From the NCBI GenBank assembly GCA_050174915.1, contig JBFXJL010000007.1, positions 44,036-108,035 of the forward strand: DNA of 64,000 nt. Direction: 5' to 3'. Position 1 is the first letter of the stretch; every line of letters begins with the position of its first letter. The position numbers and the translations under genes are program-made. This document shows, piece by piece, positions 57,112-64,000 of this stretch. This DNA is from Elusimicrobiales bacterium (GTDB lineage: Bacteria > Elusimicrobiota > Elusimicrobia > Elusimicrobiales > UBA9959). The notes under the pieces are model-generated. The model had not been told where the DNA came from, searched no databases, and saw only the letters and a list, made by a program, of their open reading frames with translations.

Positions 57112-58715
57112 GCTCGCGCGGCTCCCTGATGTTCCTGCTGCACGCGCACCTGCCGTACGTGAACCACCCGCAGGACTCGGCTTTCCTCGAGGAGAGCTGG
57201 TTCTTCGAGGCCGTGGTGGAAACCTATGTCCCGCTGATCTCGGTGCTCGAGCGCCTGTCGGCCGAGGGCATCAGGCCGGGCGTGACCATTTCCATCTCGC
57301 CCACGCTGGGCGCCATGCTGGAGAATGAGGCGCTGGAGCGCAAACTAAGCCTTTACGTGGAGTCCAGGCTGGAACTGCTGGAAAAAGAGCTGGAGCGCGC
57401 CAAGGACGAACCCGCGCTGCTCAGGATCGTGCAACTCTACCACGACCTGTACGCCGAGGCCGCCGAGCTGCTGCACAAGTACAGCGGCGACCTCATCACG
57501 CCGCTGAAAGCCCTGCAGCACGCCGGCCAGATAGAGATCATCACCACCGCGGCCACGCACGCCGTGCTGCCGCTGCTGGCCCGGCCCGAGGCGGTGCGCG
57601 CGCAGCTGGCCGTAGCCGCCGAGGACTACCAGGACAGGTTCAACCGCAAGGCCGCCGGCTTCTGGCTGCCCGAATGCGCCTACGAGCCCCGCCTCAACTC
57701 CTACCTGAAGCTCTCTGGCTTCGACTACACTTTCATGGAATCGCACGCGGTGGAAGCCGCCGGCGACCAGGCGCCCAACGGCGTCTACTCTCCGTACCGC
57801 ACCTCCAACGGCCTCGGGCTGTTCGCCCGGGACGCCGCCAGTTCCCGCGAGGTCTGGAGCGCCAAGTTCGGCTATCCCGGCGACCCGGCCTACCGCGAAT
57901 TCTACCGCGACTACGGCTACGACGGCGACCTGGAGTATCTCAAACCTTACCTCGGCAACGACGGCGCGCGGCGCCCGCTGGGCCTCAAGTATCACCGCAT
58001 CACCGGCCCCGGCGCGGACCTGGCCGCCAAGCAGTATTACGACCCCGACGAGGCGCTGGCCCGCGTGGAGGCCCACGCCACCGATTTCCTGGAAAAGCGC
58101 CAGCGCCAGACCGACGACTTTTACGCCGCCCGCGGCGGCCGGCCGCTGATAGTCAGCTGCTACGACGCAGAGCTCTTCGGCCACTGGTGGTTCGAAGGGC
58201 CCGCCTTCCTGGAGGCCGTCATCCGCCGTATCCGCACCGAGCGGCTGCCGCTGCAGTTCGTAACGCCCACCGAATACCTCAACTCCTGCCAGGAGCCGCA
58301 GGAGATCGCCCCCGGCATGTCCTCGTGGGGGGAGAACGGCTATTTCGACCCGTGGGTCAACGAGACCAACGATTTCATCTACCCCGCCGTCTACGCCGCC
58401 ACCGACAAGATGATAGAGACGGCCAACCGCTTCCGCAACCAGGACCTCAACAGCCTCTCCACGCGGGCGCTCAACCAGGCCGCCCGCGAGACGCTGCTGT
58501 CGCAGTCGTCGGACTGGGCCTTTCTGCTCTACATCGGCTCCCATGCGGACTACGCCAAGGGCCGTTTGGAGGACCACTCCGCCAACGCGCTGCGCCTGCT
58601 CGGCGAGGTCATAGAGAAGCGCGTGGACGAGCAGGCCCTGGCCGCGCTGGAGCGCAAGAACAATCTGTTCCCCCGCATAGATTTCAGGATCTTCGCCTCG
58701 GTCTCAAAGTTCTGA
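57108..58715 (+). CDS. GH57 1,4-alpha-glucan branching enzyme
   Basis: LHAHLPYV, ETYVPL, GFWLPECAY, GYPGD..YREF, YDAELFGHWWFEG, QSSDWAF. Confidence 0.93.
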   Translation: MSSRGSLMFLLHAHLPYVNHPQDSAFLEESWFFEAVVETYVPLISVLERLSAEGIRPGVTISISPTLGAMLENEALERKLSLYVESRLELLEKELERAKDEPALLRIVQLYHDLYAEAAELLHKYSGDLITPLKALQHAGQIEIITTAATHAVLPLLARPEAVRAQLAVAAEDYQDRFNRKAAGFWLPECAYEPRLNSYLKLSGFDYTFMESHAVEAAGDQAPNGVYSPYRTSNGLGLFARDAASSREVWSAKFGYPGDPAYREFYRDYGYDGDLEYLKPYLGNDGARRPLGLKYHRITGPGADLAAKQYYDPDEALARVEAHATDFLEKRQRQTDDFYAARGGRPLIVSCYDAELFGHWWFEGPAFLEAVIRRIRTERLPLQFVTPTEYLNSCQEPQEIAPGMSSWGENGYFDPWVNETNDFIYPAVYAATDKMIETANRFRNQDLNSLSTRALNQAARETLLSQSSDWAFLLYIGSHADYAKGRLEDHSANALRLLGEVIEKRVDEQALAALERKNNLFPRIDFRIFASVSKF

Positions 58716-58730
58716 CCGGCGTGACCAAAG

Positions 58731-58760
58731 AAAAGAGCCTCCCGCAGGGGAGGCTCTTTT
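58731..58760. terminator. Bidirectional intrinsic terminator
   Basis: AAAAGAGCCTCCC-gcag-GGGAGGCTCTTTT. Confidence 0.88.
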
Positions 58761-58779
58761 CTATTTCGCGCTGCCGGTC

Positions 58780-59958
58780 TTACTGCGGCTGAACCGGCGG
58801 CAGCTGCGGCTGCGCGGGGGCGGCCGGCGCCCCCGCGGCGGCGGGGCGAGCGCCCATGCGCGTCAGCCAGGCCGCACCGAGCCCGGCCATCACGCCGAAA
58901 GCCAGCAGCATCAGCCCTATCAGCGCCAGCAGGCCGCCCACGAAGGGCACCAGCTTGCCGACGAACAGCATGGCCGCTATCAGCCCGGCGCCGGCGGCGG
59001 CCCTGCCGGCCAGCCCCGCGGGGCCGGTGCGCTTGAGGCCCTGGAAGAATTTCCGCTGCAGTATAACGCTGAAGGCGCTCAGGCCCAGCACGGCCGCGGC
59101 CGCGTAAGCCAGCAGGGCGAACGGCACCAGCGGTATGCCCAGTATGGAGACGGTCAGCATCAGCAGGCCCGGGAAGAGTGCCACCAGGGCCAGCGCGCCT
59201 ATGGCGCCGGACTTCCAGATATCCCCGTCTATCGCGGCCAGCATGTTCTCCACGTTGGACGGGAAGAAGATGGCCGGCAGCGTCACCACGGCCACGCCGG
59301 TGAGCAGCATGGACAGCAGCGCGAACAGCCAGAAGGCCCTGAAGCCGCCGTTGTCCTCGCCGCGCCAGTTATAATTGAAGTTGTAGCGGTTGTGGCGGGG
59401 CCGGGCCTCGGAGTAGTCGCGGTTATAGCGGCCCACCGTGCGCGCCACGCCCAGGGCGCTGGCCAGCGTGCCTTTTATGGCCTCGGCGCTGAAGCTGTTG
59501 ACCGAGCCCTTGTGTACCGCCTTGGGGCCTTTCTCCACGGCCCCGCCCAGGGCGGAGATATCGCCGTCCACCTGGCCGGCGCCTGAGAGCGTCACTTTGC
59601 CGCCGACGGCCGAAAGGTTGCCTCCCACCCTGCCGCTGACTTCTACCGGCCCGCCTATACTCGACACGTCGTCGCGCACGACTCCGTGGATAGCCACGCT
59701 GCCGCCCATGGAGACCAGATCCCCGGTGATTTCACCGTTGACCGTGACCGAGCCGCCGCCCACCGAGACGGCGTCCCCGTCCAGCGTGCCGTCCACCGTG
59801 ATGGACTTATCCGTGGCTATGTCGCCGCGCAGGGTTTCGCCCTTCTGCACGAAGATATCCTCGTGCGTTATTTCCGGCCGCGCGGCCTGGGCCAGGCCGG
59901 CCAGAGTAAGCAGCGCCGCCAGAGTGCCCGTCATGTATATAGTCGTCAGTTTTTTCAT
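58780..59958 (-). CDS. Membrane protein with bactofilin-like beta-helix repeats and C-terminal TM helices
   Basis: Signal peptide; repeated GG.V.V.G.V.GD units; 4-5 TM segments. Confidence 0.75.
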   Translation of the reverse strand: MKKLTTIYMTGTLAALLTLAGLAQAARPEITHEDIFVQKGETLRGDIATDKSITVDGTLDGDAVSVGGGSVTVNGEITGDLVSMGGSVAIHGVVRDDVSSIGGPVEVSGRVGGNLSAVGGKVTLSGAGQVDGDISALGGAVEKGPKAVHKGSVNSFSAEAIKGTLASALGVARTVGRYNRDYSEARPRHNRYNFNYNWRGEDNGGFRAFWLFALLSMLLTGVAVVTLPAIFFPSNVENMLAAIDGDIWKSGAIGALALVALFPGLLMLTVSILGIPLVPFALLAYAAAAVLGLSAFSVILQRKFFQGLKRTGPAGLAGRAAAGAGLIAAMLFVGKLVPFVGGLLALIGLMLLAFGVMAGLGAAWLTRMGARPAAAGAPAAPAQPQLPPVQPQ

Positions 59959-59969
59959 ATATCCTCCGT

Positions 59970-60434
59970 TTATATCTTCTGCGCGGCGCGGGCCGGGGCT
60001 CCTATCGCCCGGATCAATGCGGCGGTCAGCAGCACCGCCGCCGCGATCTCGTGAGCCGGCGGCAAGCCCGGCAGCAGGCCCGCCAGGTCCGCCAGGAAGC
60101 CGAAAGCCTCCGGCAGCCTGCCGGCCGCCAGCGCGGCGCGCGCCCCCAGCAGGCGCAGCACTTGGCCCAGACCGCCCGGCTCCAGCGCCAGCGGCGCGTA
60201 ATCGGCCAGGAAGCCGGCCAGCGGTCCCGACGCCGCCAGGCCCACCAGGGCGGCCCAGGAGGCCGTAAGGGCGCCGGCGGCCTTCAATGCCCAGCCCAGG
60301 CGTTCGCGCGCCGCCGCCTGCGCGGCTATGGCCGCCAGGACGCCGGCCCTGAACCCCGCCGAGGGGCGCTTGTAGGGCAGGGCCGCTATGGCCGCCGCTA
60401 TCGCTTTATCCGTGTTCCCGGTATCCATGTTCAT
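59970..60434 (-). CDS. Putative membrane anti-sigma factor
   Basis: LP...PSAGF...VLAAI motif followed by hydrophobic segments; directly after the ECF sigma. Confidence 0.6.
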   Translation of the reverse strand: MNMDTGNTDKAIAAAIAALPYKRPSAGFRAGVLAAIAAQAAARERLGWALKAAGALTASWAALVGLAASGPLAGFLADYAPLALEPGGLGQVLRLLGARAALAAGRLPEAFGFLADLAGLLPGLPPAHEIAAAVLLTAALIRAIGAPARAAQKI

Positions 60435-60450
60435 AATACGCTCCAGAGCT

Positions 60451-61002
60451 TTAAACGGTTGCGCCGGCCGCGCGCAACCGGGCTTTGATCAGTTCCCTGC
60501 CCCGAAACAGCCTGGCCTTTACCGTGCCTTCCGGCACGCCCATGACGCGGGCTATATCGGCCGGGCCCATATCCTCGCGGTACTGCAGCAGCAGCGCTTC
60601 GCTGTAGATGGGCGGCAGCGAGGCCAGCAGGGCTTCTATGCGCTCGGAGTCCAGGGCGTCGGCCAGGGAGTCGTCCAGGGCGGGGGCGCGGTCGGGCAGA
60701 TCGGGAAAATCCTCGTGGTCCATGGAAACGGTCCTGCCGCCTGCGCGCAGCGCGTCCATGCAGGCGTTGTGGGCTATGCGGAAAAGCCAGGGGGCGAAAG
60801 GCTGGGCGCTATTATAGGAAGGAAGGGCGCGGAAGGCTTTCACGAAAGCCGCCTGCGCGGCTTCCTCGGCGGCGGCGGGGTCCTTGAGCAGGCGCAGGGC
60901 GAAGCTGTAGAGCCTGTCCTGGTAGGCGTCCACGAGGCCGCCGAAAGCGGCGTTGTCGCCGGCCAGGCAGCGGCCGAGCAGTTCTTTTTCAGTTTCGCCC
61001 AT
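60451..61002 (-). CDS. ECF RNA polymerase sigma factor (SigW-like)
   Basis: GD..AF..LV..YQ, F..WLFRIAHN..MD, IA...GVPEGTVKARLFRGR. Confidence 0.93.
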   Translation of the reverse strand: MGETEKELLGRCLAGDNAAFGGLVDAYQDRLYSFALRLLKDPAAAEEAAQAAFVKAFRALPSYNSAQPFAPWLFRIAHNACMDALRAGGRTVSMDHEDFPDLPDRAPALDDSLADALDSERIEALLASLPPIYSEALLLQYREDMGPADIARVMGVPEGTVKARLFRGRELIKARLRAAGATV

Positions 61003-61011
61003 CAGTATACA

Positions 61012-61038
61012 TACGCGCCGGCCCCCTTGCCGGTTGCG
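61012..61038 (-). promoter_or_regulatory. Candidate ECF autoregulatory promoter
   Basis: Minus strand reads CGCAAC-N17-CGTA just upstream of the sigma ATG, matching the generic ECF AAC/CGT pattern. Confidence 0.45.
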
Positions 61039-61050
61039 CCGGGGGCGGTT

Positions 61051-61959
61051 TTAAAGCTTCTTGACCGCTTTCCAGGCGCTCTTGAAATCTTCGGGGAGGG
61101 GGGCTTCCAGCCGGGTCTTCTTGCCGGTGACCGGGTGCTGGAAGACCAGGCTGAGGGAATGCAGCAGCATGCGCGGCGCGGGGGGGCCGCCGTAAAGCTT
61201 GTCGCCCATGATGGAGTGGCCGATATATTCCATGTGGATGCGGATCTGGTTGGTGCGGCCGGTCTTGGGGTGTATCTCCAGCAGCGAGCAGTTCTTGCCC
61301 TTTTCTATGACGGTGTATTCGGTGACCGCCTCGCGGCCGTATTCCCAGACCTTGATCTTCTTGAAGCCGCTGGCGCGACCTATGGGTGCGTCTATCATGC
61401 CGCGCTTGAGTTCCGGAATGCCGGCCACGCCGCCGATGTAGGTCTTCTCCATCAGGCGGTCCCTGAAGCCTTTCTTCAGCTCGTCCTGCACCTCGGGGTT
61501 CTTGGCCAGCAGCAGCAGGCCGCTGGTGTCGCGGTCGAGCCGGTGCACCAGGCCGAGCCGCTCCAAGCCGCCCTTGGCCATCTGGGGGCGGGCCGTGTAG
61601 ATCATAGAGACCAGCGTTGGCTCGCCGATAAGGGAGGCGGACGGGTTGGTTTCCCAGCCGGGCGCGTTGGGGTGCACGGCTATGCCGGCCGGCTTGCAGA
61701 CGCCCAGCAGGTACTTGTCCTCGAAGAGAACCAGGTCTTCGAAGCCGGCCTGTTCCTGGCCGGCGTCGGGGATCTTCAGCTCCACGGTCTCGCCGTCGCC
61801 GAGCAGGTAGGCGGGCTTCTTCAGCTCGCCGCCCACGGTGACATGGCCCTTTTCGATGAGCTGGCGCGCGTAGGAGCGCGAGTAGTCCTTGCCGCTCTGC
61901 GTCAGGAAAACGTCGAGCCTGCAGGGGATGCCGGAATAGGTCAGCTTGGTCTTTTTCAT
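61051..61959 (-). CDS. rluD: RluA/RluD-family pseudouridine synthase with S4 domain
   Basis: RLD.FL...SRS, KPAG..VH, VHRLDRDTSG, TGRTNQIR.H, GD.LYG. Confidence 0.85.
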   Translation of the reverse strand: MKKTKLTYSGIPCRLDVFLTQSGKDYSRSYARQLIEKGHVTVGGELKKPAYLLGDGETVELKIPDAGQEQAGFEDLVLFEDKYLLGVCKPAGIAVHPNAPGWETNPSASLIGEPTLVSMIYTARPQMAKGGLERLGLVHRLDRDTSGLLLLAKNPEVQDELKKGFRDRLMEKTYIGGVAGIPELKRGMIDAPIGRASGFKKIKVWEYGREAVTEYTVIEKGKNCSLLEIHPKTGRTNQIRIHMEYIGHSIMGDKLYGGPPAPRMLLHSLSLVFQHPVTGKKTRLEAPLPEDFKSAWKAVKKL

Positions 61960-62735
61960 TTTTTAGCCTTTAGGAAAACCAGGGCGGCCGCCATGACCGC
62001 CAGCGAAATGAGCTGCGCCGGGGAGAGCCCAAGCAGCAGGCCGCCCCTGTCGTCGCCTCGCAGGAATTCCAGCGAGAAACGCAGGGCGGAATACATGGCG
62101 GCATAAGCCGCGAGCAGCGCGCCGGGGCGCAGCCGGCCGGCCAGCGAACGCCGGAGGCCGTAATTGAGCGCCAGGAAAATAAAAAAATTGCCGGCCGCCT
62201 CGTAGAGCTGGGCGGGATGCAGCGGCACGCCGAGGTACAGCGGGTTGACCTCGGAGGCGGGGTCGGTGAAAGTGACGCTGATAGGACAGGTGGTGGGGCG
62301 GCCGTGGCAGCAGCCGGCCAGGAAGCAGCCGACGCGCCCGAAGGCGTGGCCCAGCGCCAGCGCCGGGGCGAACAGGTCCGCCGCCTTGAGCGGGGCTATG
62401 CCGCCGCGCCTAGCGGCCAGGAAGAAAGCGGCCGCGCCGAACACCAGGCCGCCGTAGAAGACGAAGCCGTACTGGAAGCTCTTGAAAAGAAAGACCAGGC
62501 GGGTGACGGCGTCGGGGCCGAATTCCTCCCAGTAGGTAACCGCGTAGAAGAGCTTGGCGCCCAACATGCCGCTGACGACGGTGTAGAAGACCAGGTCGGA
62601 GAGCTTCTCTTTGTCGAAGCCTGCCGCGCGGGCCTTGTTGAAGAGGTACAGGATAGCCGCCAGGTAGCCGAGCGCCACCATGAGGCCGTAGGCCGGCAGT
62701 TTGAAAGCTCCGAGTTGGAAGATTATGGGGTGCAT
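61956..62735 (-). CDS. lgt: Prolipoprotein diacylglyceryl transferase
   Basis: MHP..F, YG, FYGG, GRVGCFLAGCCHG, HPAQLYE, RF..EFLRGD; start re-called at 62735. Confidence 0.93.
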   Translation of the reverse strand: MHPIIFQLGAFKLPAYGLMVALGYLAAILYLFNKARAAGFDKEKLSDLVFYTVVSGMLGAKLFYAVTYWEEFGPDAVTRLVFLFKSFQYGFVFYGGLVFGAAAFFLAARRGGIAPLKAADLFAPALALGHAFGRVGCFLAGCCHGRPTTCPISVTFTDPASEVNPLYLGVPLHPAQLYEAAGNFFIFLALNYGLRRSLAGRLRPGALLAAYAAMYSALRFSLEFLRGDDRGGLLLGLSPAQLISLAVMAAALVFLKAKK

Positions 62736-63367
62736 CAGCCGTGCCTCTTTATCCAGGCCGCGGCCCGGGTGAAATCGGTAAGGGGCGAAGCCGGCACGCC
62801 GCGCTCGCGGCACAGCTTTAGCAGGCGGCCCGCGGCGTAGGTCTTGTCGGCCAGCGTGGCCGCCTTGAAGTCGTTGGGGCCGTCGCCGAAGAAGACCACC
62901 TTGAGCCCTTGGCGCTTCATGCGCGCCACGCGCGAGGCCTTGAAGGCGCTGAGGTTGGTGCGGCGCAGGAAAGGATAATCTATCTTTATGCCGCCCGCTG
63001 CCACCCTGGCCCTGCCGAAAAAAGATTTCACCTTGACGCCGTGCTTCCTGAAGAACGGGTCCGCGTAGAGGTCCACGCCGCCGCTGGCTATCTCGAACGG
63101 CACGCCGTTGGCCTCGCAGAAGAGGATAAATTCGCGGAAGCCGCGCCGGGCCTTTACCCGCTCGCGCACGAAGTCGGCTATCACGCGCTCGCTGAGCGCG
63201 GCGCCGGCGAAGGCGCGCTTCATGAAATCCTCCACCTTTACCTTGAGGGAATAGGACTCCTCGATGGTTTTCTTGTCGGCGAAGCCGTAATGCAGCAGCA
63301 AATGGTCGCCCACGTCGCGCAGGGTAATGGTGCCGTCGAAATCGGAAACGGCGCCCCAGCCCTTCAA
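62735..63367 (-). CDS. HAD-superfamily phosphatase (MtnX-like)
   Basis: DFDGTIT, IASGG, K, GDG.ND motifs. Confidence 0.85.
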   Translation of the reverse strand: MKGWGAVSDFDGTITLRDVGDHLLLHYGFADKKTIEESYSLKVKVEDFMKRAFAGAALSERVIADFVRERVKARRGFREFILFCEANGVPFEIASGGVDLYADPFFRKHGVKVKSFFGRARVAAGGIKIDYPFLRRTNLSAFKASRVARMKRQGLKVVFFGDGPNDFKAATLADKTYAAGRLLKLCRERGVPASPLTDFTRAAAWIKRHG

Positions 63368-63996
63368 GCTACCGCCTTCAGGAAGTCGGCCCTGCGGCCC
63401 TGGCGGGCCAGCTTGAGGTAGAGGTTGTATTCCTTCTGCACGCCGAAGGTGGAGGTGTCGCCGTTGTAGGAGTGGCCGGGCCAGACCTTGGCCTCGTCGG
63501 GCAGCGTCGCCAGTTTAGCGAAGCTGTCGTAGAGCGCCTCTGCGCTCGACCCGGGCAGGTCCACCCGGCCGCATTCGCCTATGAAAAGGGTGTCGCCGGT
63601 GAATACCGCGTCCCCGGCCAGGTAGCAGACGGAGCCGGGGGTATGCCCTGGCGTGTGCAGCACGCCGATCTTCAGCGCGCCGGCCTGCACCTGCTCGCCG
63701 TCGGCCACGGTGCGCAGCAAGGGGGGGCGGCTCTCGAGCATGAAATAGTCGGCCTCGTGCAGGTAGACGGGCAGGTCCTTGTCGGCCGCGGTGAAGAAGG
63801 GCACCGCGTTGATATGGTCGGGGTGGGCGTGCGTGAGCAGCACGCAGTGGATCTTGAGGTCTTCAGCCTTTATGAATTCCGCGATCGCCTCGGGCTGCCA
63901 GGCGGGGTCTATCACCGCGGCGTCGCGGCTGTCCTCGTCCCAGGCGAGGTAGGAGAAGTTCTCCATCGGGCCCACCTTGAACTGGCGCATCTTCAT
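63364..63996 (-). CDS. Metallo-beta-lactamase-fold hydrolase (glyoxalase II-like)
   Basis: THAHPDH, HTPGHTPGS, FTGDTLF, PGH. Confidence 0.92.
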   Translation of the reverse strand: MKMRQFKVGPMENFSYLAWDEDSRDAAVIDPAWQPEAIAEFIKAEDLKIHCVLLTHAHPDHINAVPFFTAADKDLPVYLHEADYFMLESRPPLLRTVADGEQVQAGALKIGVLHTPGHTPGSVCYLAGDAVFTGDTLFIGECGRVDLPGSSAEALYDSFAKLATLPDEAKVWPGHSYNGDTSTFGVQKEYNLYLKLARQGRRADFLKAVA

Positions 63997-64000
63997 TTGT

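Overview
High-GC bacterial chromosomal window from a diderm (lgt, lptE, secretin). Gene content suggests Elusimicrobiota, but this is inference and unverified. No rRNA, tRNA, CRISPR array, integrase or transposase was recognised. Layout: nadK-recN-gltX; a GYF-like/Pro-rich membrane protein and a pilB-pilT-pilC type IV pilus operon; a tightly coupled three-gene unit encoding a 2631-aa exported protein (about 17 tandem 59-aa beta-rich repeats, a coiled-coil hairpin and C-terminal ricin-type lectin domains), a TPR-lipoprotein/secretin fusion and an HtrA protease; housekeeping genes (ogt-like, uvrC, murJ, rpsT, holA-lptE-leuS, cheC/cheY-like, ybeY, phoH, glgC, Cld-family, thyX, mazG, nagZ, SSS transporter); a roughly 10 kb bacterial microcompartment locus of the sugar-phosphate-utilisation type (PduS, 2 BMC-T, 2 BMC-H, 3 BMC-P, TpiA, PduL, aldehyde dehydrogenase, RpiB-like, DeoC); then a TPR protein, GH84, kbl/tdh-like, GH57 branching enzyme, an ECF sigma operon, rluD-like, lgt, and HAD and MBL hydrolases. 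Two families of dispersed, covarying structured intergenic repeats are visible by eye (5 copies and 2 copies). The best novelty candidates are the giant-protein/TPR-secretin/HtrA unit and the structured repeat families.
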